The notes beneath the pieces were generated by a model. The model did not search any database. It was given only the letters and a program-made list of their open reading frames with translations, and was not told the DNA's origin. This document shows positions 25,310-37,300 of a stretch of DNA of 60,165 nucleotides, piece by piece. The translations under genes and the position numbers were made by a program. Every line of letters begins with the position of its first letter. Positions within the stretch are counted from its first letter, which is position 1. The stretch covers positions 1 through 60,165 of IMG/VR virus record IMGVR_UViG_3300043399_000886. One strand, 5' to 3'. The DNA is from a virus. Its lineage: Duplodnaviria; Caudoviricetes.

Positions 25310-28300
25310 CGCCTCCATCTGCCTGTTGAGCCGCGCCATCGTCTCGGTGATGCGGTCCTCGATCGCCTTCACCTGCTCGCGCGGCGCGCCCTGCTTGATC
25401 AGCTCGCGCTTGTCCAAGCGCAGGCGCTGGATCTGGCGCTCCGCCCGGCTGGCCGCGGTGATCAGGTAGGCCTCGCTGCGCTCGCGACGGAGCGCGTTGG
25501 CCTCGGCGTTCTTGCCGTCCTTCTGCAGCCCCTTGATCTCGGTCTCGAGCTCGTTGAGGCGGTCGGTGTTGGCGTAGAAGGCCGTGCCCTCGGAGGCCTG
25601 GCTCTTCGTGTCGCCGACGAAGCGGCCCAGCAGCGGCACCTTGTACGTCGGCAGCGCCTCGCCGCGCGCGGTCGACAGCACCGTCTGCTCGACCTTCGAC
25701 AGCTCCCGACCGACGCCGCCCGTGAGCTGGCCGATCAGGTAGTCGATCTGGTCGGGCGTGGGGCTGAACACGCCGGCCACGTACTTGTTGCCGCCAGACA
25801 GCGTGTTGACGGCCTCCGACACCGTCTTGGCCAGGCTCGTCGCCGTGTCACGGCCGAGCGCCGATCCGGGGATCGCCTTGTTGCTCGACTCGCGAGCGAT
25901 CGGGCGACCGGTCCAGTCGCGGTTCTCGGCGAGCGCCACCAGCGGGTCGAGAGCCGTAGGCGCCAGGGTCTGCATCGACAGGCCTGCGTTGCCGATCGGG
26001 TTGAACGTCTCGGCGAACAGTGAGGCCAGCGACAGGGCTCGCTTGTGCGGGTCCTTGAACCCAGACAGCGCGAACTCGGTAGCCACCCGGCCGATGCCCG
26101 GCAGGACGTGGAAGCCCAGCGGCATCGGGATCGTGACGTACTTGCCGCCGCCGACCGGGATGATCAGGCTGCGCTCGCGCACGAACTCCGGCGGATCGTC
26201 GTCGTTGAAGCCGGCCGCAGCCAGCGCCAGCGCCTGCATCGACCCAAGCATCATGCCGCCGTAGACGATCTTCTTGCCGGCGGCGCTCAGGCGCAGCGTC
26301 TTGGGCTTGCCGGGCTCCATCGTGAAGAGCGTCTGGCCCATCCGCGCCGTGCCCTGGACGCTCGCGTTGAAGAACGCGTACAGCGCGCCGGCCTGCTGGC
26401 TTACCTGGCCCTTGCGGTTGAAGTTCACCGTCAGGTTCTTGGCGACGCTCGCGGCCTGCTCCTTCGAGAGGCCCTTGTCGAGGCCTGCCTTGTAGGCCGC
26501 CAGACGCACGCCGTTCTCGAACGCCAGGTTGTAGTCGCCGATCCAGTCGAAGAGCCAGCGAGCACCCTTCATCGCCACCGACAGCGGGACCTTCAGCGCG
26601 CCGCCGGCGGTGAAGATCTTGCCCAGGCCCGAGTCCATCCACGCGTCAGGGTTCAGGGCCTTCTCGATGGCCTTGGCGCGATCGGAGCTCGTGCGGAAGA
26701 GCTCGCGGTAGCCGGTCTGCCCGCCGACCTCCTGGAACTCATCCCACAGGCGCGCCCACTGCGAGCCCGGGTTCCGACCCTTGCGGGCGGCGCGTGCGTC
26801 AGCGTAGACGCCGCGCAGGGCCGACAGCGTGTCGAGGCCGAACTTGCGCTTGTCGACGTCCTTGAGCGGCGTCGACGACAGGTTCAGCACCGCGCTCTGC
26901 ACGTCGCGCACCAGGTTGACCACGCCGAACACCGGGTTCCACTGCGTGTTCACGCTGGCGAAGTAGCGGCTGATCTTGGCCGAGACACCCAGCAGGCCCT
27001 CGAGGTCGCCGGCGTCCAGGTTCTTCAAAGCTCCAGCCATCCGCAGCGCGCGCGGGTCGTCCTCGTTGAAGACCACTGCGTGCTCGCGCACCACGCCGTT
27101 GGCGTCAGCGATCTTCGCCACGACCGCGTTAGCGCGGCTCTTGTACAGCGGGTCCGGCTGGTCCTTCACCAGGCCCGTGGCCGGGTCGAAGACGCGCTCG
27201 GTGGGCACCTGGTCGACGGTCCAGAAGTCCGGGTTCGGGTTCGACTGGGCCAGGCCGATCAGGGCCTGCGAGACGCGGTTCTTTTCGCCGCGGACGATCG
27301 CCTTCTCGCGCTGGATCGCGACGTTGGCCAGGATGTCGACGACCTTGCGCTTCGAGCCAGTGCGACCCTTCACCTCGCGACCCTTGATGCTGAAGCCTTG
27401 ACCCAGCCCAGGGCTGCCGTCCTTGTCCTCGCGCATCAGCGGGATGTAGTGCTGGTAGGCATTCTTCCAGCCGTCGACCGTGGCCTGCGACTCGAGCTCG
27501 TAGTCGACGTACAGCTGGCGGGTCTGCTCGATGATGCCGTCCACCTTGGCCGCGGCGGCCTCGAGCTTGGTGCGCAGGTCCGCCGGCAGCGTCGCCAGGT
27601 AGTTCTGCGCCTCGCCGGTTTCCATGCCGGAGCCGCCGTCCTGGAAGTCAGGGTTGCCCGGGTTGCGCTTGGCGATCGCCTCGTTCGCTTCCTTGGCGTG
27701 CCGCGCGTGCAGGAACTCCTCGAGGTCGGCCATGCTCAGGCCATCCTTCGAGAGCTGCTCCAGCAGCGGCGTGAGCTCCATGTTCACGAAGTCCTCGGTG
27801 CGCTTCGCAGCGCGGCCGTGGTAGAGCTCCTCCTGGAGGTAGACGTTCAGGTCATCGGCGATGGCGCCGGAGGCTTCACGCAGCGACTCGACGACGCGCT
27901 TGACGTCGACAAGTTTGTCCTGAGCCTTGTAGACGAAGTCGTCCCACTTCGACGCGCTGGGCGAATCCCACACGGCGCCGGTGGCAGTGCGGCCCGTGCT
28001 GCGGCGGATGTCTGGATCAGCAGGATCGAAGGTGCCGCGGTTGCCGATGGCGGACTTGATCTGCTCGGGGTAGAAGGCGATCCACTGATCGTTCTGCTCT
28101 TCTTCGGTGTCGCCGTTTGGGTCTCCGGGAACATAGATACCGTCGTATCCAGATTTCTTCAGGCCATTCACGAAGCCAGTGGTGCCCTCTTCGTCATACT
28201 CGGACCCAAAGACCTGGATCATCATCCGCTCGTCGTTGTCCATGAAGTATGGCTTGCGGATGGCCAAGTACAGCGGCATGACAGAGCCGCCCTCGCCGTA

Positions 28301-31300
28301 GCTGCTGGCCACATCCGGCGAGGCGCTGGTGAATACTCCAAGCTCGTCGGCGCGCCGAACGCGGTCGAAGTCGAACACCGAAAAATCACCGCTTGTCCCG
28401 TGATACACCACCAGCGGCTTGCCGTCGGCATCCACCACCTTCGAGTCCCCGAACCACGCCTTGAACTCAGGCGTGTCGGTGACGCGCTCGCGGCTGAACA
28501 GCGGCAGGCCTTCGGCGACCTTCTCGCGCATGGCGTCGGTGACGTCGAAGCCGGGTTGGGCGCGCAGTGACGTGTCCGGGTTTGACTCGACAATCCGCAG
28601 CTTTTTCTGCGGGTACATGCCTTGAATGCTCGGCAGCATCCGCTCGGCCTCAGCCCTGGTGCGGTACGCCATCAAACCGCTGTCACGCTCATCCATGATC
28701 CACACGTTGGATGGATCGTAGCCAGCGGTGTCAGTCGAGATGCCGACTCGCACCTCGCTCATCTGACCACCACCCACCTTCGGCAGCAGCTTCTTCAGCG
28801 CCGTGGGCACGATGGTGTCGTAGAAGGTCTTCATGCCTTCGCCGCCGACCTTGAGGTCGAGACCGGCGATGCGGTGCATGCCGTATTCGTTTTTCGGCGC
28901 GTCAATCAGACGTTGCGCCAGCTCTTTACCCACAACGTCCGCGACGTCATCGTCGGACGCAACGTCACGCGTGACGGCGTTGGATCCGTCTTTGCGGCCA
29001 ATGATCACTCCGCCGCCTGCGCTCTTGCGGTCGTACAGAACTTCGTCGAGTTGCTGGCTCAGGTCATACCGATCCGCAGACTGCTCTCCGTTGACGAACG
29101 CCACGCGGTCGTAGCCGCCCTCTGCGGCCATGACCATCACGCGCTTGAGGGCAAGGTTGAGCCAGCCTTCGGTCTTGGTGACGAAGGGGGCAGCGGGGAT
29201 CTTGTCGCTGCCGCCCTCCATGTCAAGGTCGCGCCCTGCGCGCATGCGCGCGTACTCATCGCCGCGGCCAAGCTCCTGCGCCATTTGCGGAAACGGCATG
29301 TTGATGCCGCGACGCCCAGCCTCCTCTCGGCTCTCCCCGGCCTGCACGCGCTGCTCGATGTAGTCGTCCAGCAGCTTGTCCGCAAAGGCGTCGTATTCCT
29401 TTCGGGACACGGGCTTGACGTCAGACTCGCTGGCAAACCCCTTCTTCTTCCCCTCCTGCCCCCAGTCGCTCTGCAGCTCCTCGACGAACAGCACGCGCTT
29501 GCCGTCGGCATCGGTGCGGTCGTTGACGCGGATGTGAGCGAGGACGTTGGGCTGGTCCCAGTGGGTGGAACGGTAAGCGCCTTCCTGCGCGCTGTCGATG
29601 CCGCCGGGCATCTCGTAGAATCGAGCTGACGGTGTCACTCCGTCGAACTCTCCTGGGCTGAGCATGCGCTCCGTTTCGATATCTCCATCGTCAAGCGGGT
29701 AGCGAGCGTAGACAAATCGGCTCTCGTCGGCCGACAGCTTGATTGCTTCTTCGCGCCCAATCTCGCGCTCATCCCGCTTAACGGGCAACGTCAGCAGCAC
29801 CTCGCGGTAGTTCTCGCCGCCGGGGAGGGTGTATTGGCTGTACTTGGTGCCGAGAGCACCCGTCTCGCCCTGCTCCGCGTACTCGTTCATCGCCTCCGCG
29901 ATGGAGAACATGCGATTGGCGCGCTCCGTATCGCCCCTCGCCCGGAACTGGCGAGCGATGCGCTCCTCGCGCTCAGCCTCCGCGATCCACCCATCGGTGG
30001 TTGTCGGCTGCCTGCGTGACGAGTTCTCGAAGTGCCGGCTGAGAATCTCTGGCAAGCCGCGCGGCCCGCCCAGCACCACCTCCTCGACCTGCACGCCACC
30101 GCGCTCCAGGTACTCGGCCACGGCCTCCTTGCTCACCTTGCCCTGCTGCAGGTCGAGCCAGTCGTTGATGCCGGACCACTCGATCTCTTCGGCCTTGGCG
30201 ATGCCCTTGTTGATCAGGCCCTTGATCTGGGCCTTCCAGGCGCCAGCCGGAGCCTGCTTGGTCTGCATGGCATCGATGCCGCGGGCCAGAGCGCTGACGT
30301 AGCCAAGCGGCGAGCGCTCGGGGCTGCGCAGGAAGCTCTCGTTGTCGAGGCTGAACGCGCCAGAGTTGCCGATCGCACTCTTGACGTACGTCGGCTTGAA
30401 CGACACGTAGACGTTTGACGGCGTCGCTCCGCGACCGTCCGGGCGCGAGATCGAGTCGCGCAGGTCCTTGTAGATGATGCCGTCGTATCCCTGCTGCTTG
30501 GCCCACTGGTTGATCATGTCGGTGTTCGACATGGGCAGCCCGTAGCCCGGCACGCCGCGCGTGTCGATGCGGTTGAACGAGGCGCCGCGCGCGTTGATCA
30601 CGAGCGGGTTGTCCATGCGCACGTACTGGCGCTGCACGTTGCCGCCAGGCTGCAGGGCCTTGTTGCGGGCCTCCTCGTACACGCCAGCGTATTCGTCGGC
30701 GACGAGCGGCTTGCTGCTCAGGAAGTAGCCCGCGCTGGAGATCGCGGTGTCGACGCGGTCGAAGTCGCGCTTCGTGCCGTGGAAGCCCTCGACGACCACG
30801 GGAGAGCCCGTCTCGAACTTGTAGAGCGAGGCCACTTCCGCCGGCACGACTGTGTGCCCGCCGGTCCACGCCGTGAAGTTCTGGTCGCGCTCGGGGCTGC
30901 GGCGGATGTCGGGGTTCCAGGAGAACCTGCCATTGTTGTCGGTCGCGCTCTTGATCTGCGGCGCGCTCCAGACAACGACCTCGGTCAGCTTGCCGTTGTT
31001 GTACTTCGCGATCCCGTCGTAGCCTTGCTCGATCGCGCGCTTCTTGATCTCGCTGCCGAGGTAGCCGTACTTCTCGTACGCGTTCTCGGCCATGCGCTGA
31101 GCCTTTTCGCGCGCCACGCCCAACTGCACAAGAGCGTCGACGGCAGGGTCGTACGCGTCCTTGCCGTCCTTGCCGATCTCGAGCGGGCGGGTGACACGAG
31201 CGTAGAGCTTGTTGACCTTGCCGCCTTGCGTGGATCCGACGTTGGCGTAGTCCTCTGCGATCTCCAGGTCCGGCGTCATGTAGAAGCCGACGCCCAGCGC

Positions 31301-34300
31301 GCCGCGGCTGCCGACCTTCGGCACAGACTTACCTTCGGACGCGCTTGCGAAGTCGAAGCCTCCGTGGTACAGGACCAGCGGCTTGCCGCCGGGCTCGCCG
31401 TTCTCTGTCATCACCGACTCGCCGAACCAGCGCCGGAACTCCTCGGTGCCGGTGACGTCGCGCGCCGGGCTGGCCTTGGTGTCGAAGCCGTACTTCTTGG
31501 CGTCGAACGGCTGCGCGCGCGGCAGGTCGGCGACGCCGGCCGCCTTGTTGATCGCCGCGACCTCGTCATCAGACAGGACGCGCGTGACCTTCATCGACCC
31601 GCCGATCAGCCAGTTGCCCGTCATGTTCGGGTTGGTCTTGTAGCGGTAGAAGCCGTCGACCGGGACCTGGTCGGTGATGTGCGCCGTAGCCGGATTCGGC
31701 TGGCCCTTCACCGCGCCCGTTGCGGGGTTGGTGATCTTGTACGGGACGGCCCGCTTCTCGGCCTCGGCCTGCCAGTCGCGGTCGGCGGCCATCTCGATCT
31801 CGGCCCACACCTGGTTGGCTGGCCGCACCGAGGGCAGCGTCTTGACCTTGCCCGACTCCTCGTCGAAGCGCGGCGCCGGGTTGCTGCCGATGTGCGTGGC
31901 GATCGGCAGGTCGCCCGCGTGCCAGCCGGGGCGCAGAGCCAGGGGCCCCAGCTTCGACTTGACCTGCGGCTTGCCGGTCTTGGTCGGCTCAGCCTGCTGG
32001 CCGACCTCGGCGTCCAGCCACGCGCCCATCTTGACGGGCTCGTTGGCGCTGACGAACAACGGGAACAGCTGGCCCGGCTTCTTCGCGTCGACGCGGAAGA
32101 GCTTGTAGGCCTTGACGGTCTTCTTCGGCGGCTCGCCGCGGCGCGGGCTGAACTTGATGTCGCCCTCCGGGCCCGCGGTGGTGCCGGCCTCGGAGACCGG
32201 GATGTACTTGCCGCGGAAGCGCTTCTCGCTCCACCCGCCGATCAGGCCTTCGTCCTGCATGCGGTCGAAGAACGCCGCAGCCGGCTCGGTGACCTCGTCG
32301 ACCAGCACGTCGCTGAGGTACTCCTCCTGCAGCCAGCGCAGCATGTCGCGGCCGCGCACAGCCTTGGAGGACGTGATCGCCTGGATGCGGATGTTGCCGT
32401 TCTTGTCGCGGCCGTAGCGGATGTGGGCCTCGTCGTCGAACTCCGCGTACTTCGCGCCCGGGATGTCGCCGTCGTCATCGACGACCGAGCGCGGCTGGAT
32501 GCCAGAGGCGGCGGCTGAGCCAGCATCCGAGCTCCACACGCCGTCCACGTCGGGTCCGAACCCGAGGCCCGTCAGGACCTGCTCGATCCGAGCGCGCGCC
32601 TTCCAGTTGCGCGGTGTCTTCGGCTCGATGAGGAGGCGCACCCCGCGGGCCCTTGCGAGGTCCGCCACGCGGCGCACCGTCGTGCGGAAGAGCTGCGGGT
32701 CGGCCTCGAGGTTCTTGGTGCCCGTGATCGCGATGTCGGCTCCGTCGTCCTCCAGGTTGAAGGAGGCTCCGGCGACAGGCGCCGCATCGTAGTCGGCCTG
32801 GAGCGCGGCGGCGTCATTCACTGCGGCCGGATCGAACCCGGGCAGGTACGAGCCGCGGTTGCCGAAGACGTAGACGTTGTCGGTCTTGTTGAGGTACAGG
32901 TTGCCGCGCTTGAACGTCAGCAGCAGCTGGTCTGCCGCGCCGGCGTAGTCGGCACCCTCGGACTTCTTGTTCGTGCCGCCCAGCGGGCCGAACAGGTCGT
33001 CCTTCTCATAGAACCACAGCGCGGCCTGGATGTCGGCGATGGTGATCGTCTGGCCGGTCTTGCGACGGATGATCTTCTGCGCGGCCTCGGCGGTGTCCTG
33101 CTGGAACGAGCGCTCGAGGTCGGTGCGCGGCGCAGCGACGGCGCCCTCGCGCCCCTCGACCCACACCTTGCCCGCGCGGCGCATGTCGGACTTGAGCTTG
33201 TAGCCGCCCTTGCGGAAGTCCTCTTCGAGCTTGGCGGCGAACTCCAGGGCCTTGTACGGGTTGTCGAGGATCTCCTCGATCTGCTCCCGCGTCATGCCCT
33301 CCAGGTCGGGCCCGAACTCCGGCATGACGGCCGCATCGCCGCGGACGGACTTCGGTTGCACCGGGCCCACGAGGGTCCCGTTGACGTGGTTGTACTCGGC
33401 CACCAGGGCGGAGATGAACTTCTGGTACTGGTCGGCCTCGAGAGCCGGCGCATGCACGAACGAGTAGCCCAGGATGCGGTTCCACGAGCGCGAGAACCAC
33501 AGGTCCGCGGTGAGCGTGCTGTAGTCGCCATGCAGGTTGTTGATGAACGAGCCGATCTTCGGCCCGAACACCATCCACCCGGTGACGATCTGGTCGGACT
33601 TGCCTTCGACCTGCAGCGGCGAGCCGCTGTAGTACAGGGTCTTGTCCTCGCGCAGGCGCTTGTTGATGTCGCCGACTCGGCCCTTCGTGTTGAAGAACCT
33701 CCGCATGGCGTCGTAGCCGTTGCGGTTGATCAGGTCGTGCAGCTTCAGCAGGTTGTTCTCGATGGCGCGCGTCTCGCCGCCAAACGTGCCGCGCAGGATG
33801 CGCACCGCGTTGGGCAGAGTCATCTGGCCGTTGCGCACCAGGTTGTAGACGCGGGCCCCGTACACTGAGTTGCTGAAGACGTCGTTGCCCTGGCTGGTGA
33901 TGCCCCAGATGGCATCGAACAGCATCTCGGCATCGGGGTCCGTCGCGAGCTCGGGGAAGATCGACTGGTAGTCCTTCTTCGCCGCCTTCAGCGCGCGGTC
34001 GTACCAGCCGATCGCGGACTTGCCGCCGCGCGGGCTCTGGAGGTGGAAGATGACCTCCTCGGCGATGGCCTCGGCAATGACCTTCTTGGCGCGCTCAGAG
34101 TAGTCGCCGGGTTCGATCAGGCCAGCCTGGGCGGACCTGTTTTGCAGGGCCCAGAGGATGTCGCTGACGGTGACCTTGCCGTTGGCTCCGGTCGGCGTGA
34201 TGTCGAGCTTCTCTTCGCCCGACGCGATTGAGACGGTGGACTTGCTGCGCCCACTCCTCGGGATCAGCGCGTCGCGGATCAGCTCTCGCTGGGCGTCGGA

Positions 34301-37300
34301 GAGTCCGAACTTGTCGGCGAATCGCTGTACGGCAAATCGATAACCCTCGGCTCCGACTGCCTTTGCGTACGGGACAACAAGAGCATCGACGGCCCTTCGG
34401 AATAGACTGGATGGTCCGGGCTCGCGATCCGAAAGCCACGCTGCCGGGCTGCCGCTTCCATCTCCTGCCTGGACATACGTGTTGGCTTCATTGAGGTCGC
34501 TCCGGACGAAGAACAGGTCGCTGTATTTTAGACCTGCGGATTGCTGGATGTCCCATACCTGGTCGATGAAATCGAGGTACTGCTCCCCCGGCCCGAAGTA
34601 CAGGAACTTGACGGCTCGGCCGTCCTGCGTGGTGCTGTAGTCGAGGCCCGCTGCGCGCGCCGCCTCGATCACCTTGTCGAGCTGCTTCTTCGTCAGCTTG
34701 GTGTCGTTGCCGACGTAGGCCGCCGGCGTGCCGGCCATGTCGTCCTCCGGGCTCGGCTTGTAGACGACCGTCGCGTCCTGGGCGAACGCGAAGCCCAGCA
34801 GCTTCGACAGCTGGGTGGCCTGGTCGTAGGTCATCGAGTCGGCGACCAGAGCGTAGCTCGGCTCGGGGTTGCCCAGCCAAGAGCCCTGGATCGGCACGAC
34901 CCGCAGGCCCTTGATGCCGAGCGCCGAGTCCGCGAGCTCAGCGAACTTCTTCGACGACAGGATCTTCTGGACCGCCGGGCCGATCTTCTCGAGCCGCGGC
35001 CCGAACACGGCCGGCGCCTGGATGGGCGGCGGCGTCAGGTCGTTGCGCGTGAAGTTCCAGCCGAACTCGCCCGGCTTGCCGCCGACCACGACCGACATGC
35101 GGTTCTCGTCGGCTGCGCTGCGATCAACGCTCAGGCGGATGTCGTCGCTCGAGACGCTGAAGGTGCCGCCGTTGAAGTCGGCGCTCTTGACCTGGTTCGG
35201 GTCGAACGCGACGAACACGTTGCCAGGCAGGCCGGAGTACCCCGGGCCGCCGCCGTCGTCGATGACGCTGCGGATGATGGCGCCGTCGTTGTTGTAGCGC
35301 CGAGCCTCACGCACCACGCCGTCGGTGGTCGTGTAGTGGTCGTCGGGCGCCTCCACCGTCCCGCCGATCTCGTCGGCGATTTTTGTGGCCTCGTCGGTCT
35401 CGAAGTGCCCGCGGCCGTCCTCGGCGTAGTAATGCTCGCCGTTCGCATCCAGGACGATGTTCTGGTGCTCGCGGGACCCGCTCCAGTTTGCGCCATCGAA
35501 GTCCTCCTCGGACGGGTTGCGGAGATTGACGAACAGCGCGTAGATGCCGACGTTGCGGCCGCCCTCCTCGTAGTTCTCGAGGTCTTCGGCAGTGAAGTCC
35601 TTGGCCCGGCCGCGGCGCGCGTAGCTGCGCGCCATGCCGTAGTCGGCGCTGGCGAAGATGCCCAGCTCGCCGCGCCGATCACCGGTGGGCCGCTTGAACT
35701 CCGCAAAGCCCCCGGTCTCGGTGCCGTGGTAGACCACCAGCGGCTCGCCATTCTCGTCGACAGCCTTCGAGACCTCGCCGCGCGCGTCGCTCCAGACGCC
35801 GCCCTCCACGCCGGCGAACTTCTCCCAGTCGCCGAACCACTGCTTGAACGAGGGTGTGCGCACCTGCACCCACTGCCGCTCGCTGAGCTTCGTGGGCTGG
35901 CCGTTGGGCGCCTTCATCCACTGGTCGGTGTTGCGGTACTGGGCCTCGACCTGCGCGTACTCGCTGGCCGCGCGCTGCACGTCCTCGCCGCGCACCGGGC
36001 TGAAGCGGATCGATGAGCCGATGCGCTCCATCTCGGCGTTGGCCTGGTCGCGGCTCGTCTCGGGGACGATCAGCGTGCCCGAGCGCAGGCGCGCGCCAGG
36101 GATCGACGTGACGTCGACGCGCTGCATCTCGGCGCTCATCAGGCCGCGCTTCAAGTCCTGGGGTACGGCCTTCGGCGGCACCGGGACGGCCGGCGTCGGG
36201 ACGGTCTCGGCCGGCATGTTGGTCGAGGCCTTGCCGATCACCACGCCGATGCCCTGGCCGGTCGGGTGGTTCTTCACCCAGTAGCCGTCGAAGCCGGCGT
36301 CGAGGATGGCCGACTCGGTGCCGTTGATGTCGGCGCCGTTCCAGAGCTTCAGCGGGTCAGCCTTGGCATCGTAGAGCTTGGGCAGCTTGACCTGGTGCGC
36401 CACGCCACCGACGCCAGCCTCCGGTCGCACGCCCTGACCCTCGTCGATGTAGAAGTAGACGCGGCTCTTAAGGCGGCCGTCGGTCGTCTCGCGCAGGCGC
36501 TCGGCCTCTAGGCCCTTGAGGCCCTGGCCGTAGAAGGCGCCATTCAGCGCGGCGCGCGGCTGGCGGCTGAAGTGGATGCCGAACTCCGGCGACGGCGCCT
36601 CGGCGCGCTCAGTCGACTTCCTGATGTCCGGGTTGGCGGGATCGAACTGACCGTTGTTGCCGATGGCGGACTTGACTTGGGTCGGCGAGAGCACCGCGAT
36701 CTCGCGGTACTTGCCGGCGTCGCGCAGGTTCTCGTTGGTGCGCGCGATGGCGTCGTACCCGGCGCGCTCCATGATCTTGCGGAAGACGTCGGGCGCCTCG
36801 GCGCGCATGGTCGACTTCTTGATCTCGGCCTTGGCGCGCTGGACGTCCGCCGCCAGCTTGGTGCTGGAGGTGTTCGTCTGCTTCATGTAGCGCGCCATGC
36901 CGTCACGCAGCGCGCCGCGGATCGCGTCGGTGTCGCGCACGAAGCGCTCAGCGTTGAACCCGCGCTGACCCTGGAACATCTCGGTCAGGCGATTGAGCAT
37001 CTCCTGCACCGTGGCAACGACCTTGGCGATCACCGACGGCGCCTTCGGTCCGGCGTCCTGCTGGATCCTCGTGAAGACGTCGGACCAGAAGTTGCCGCTG
37101 CGCATCTGGTCGCCGTTGAGGTCGCTCACGAGCTCCTCGAGCTCGCTGTCGTTCAGGTCGATGTCGGGCTGCTCGAGGATCTTGCCGCCCGGCAGCTTCT
37201 GCAGCGCGGCGTTGGCCTCGGATGCCAGGCGGAACGAGGCCACCTGCTTGCCGCTCTCGTCGGCCAGGACGTACTTCCCGAAGTAGTCGTCGCGGAACCC

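Noticed and set aside
32200-32750. Possible degenerate GNAT-like domains in the giant protein
   Set aside because: Only vague motifs (AAAFFDRM, LTGLGF); too weak to call
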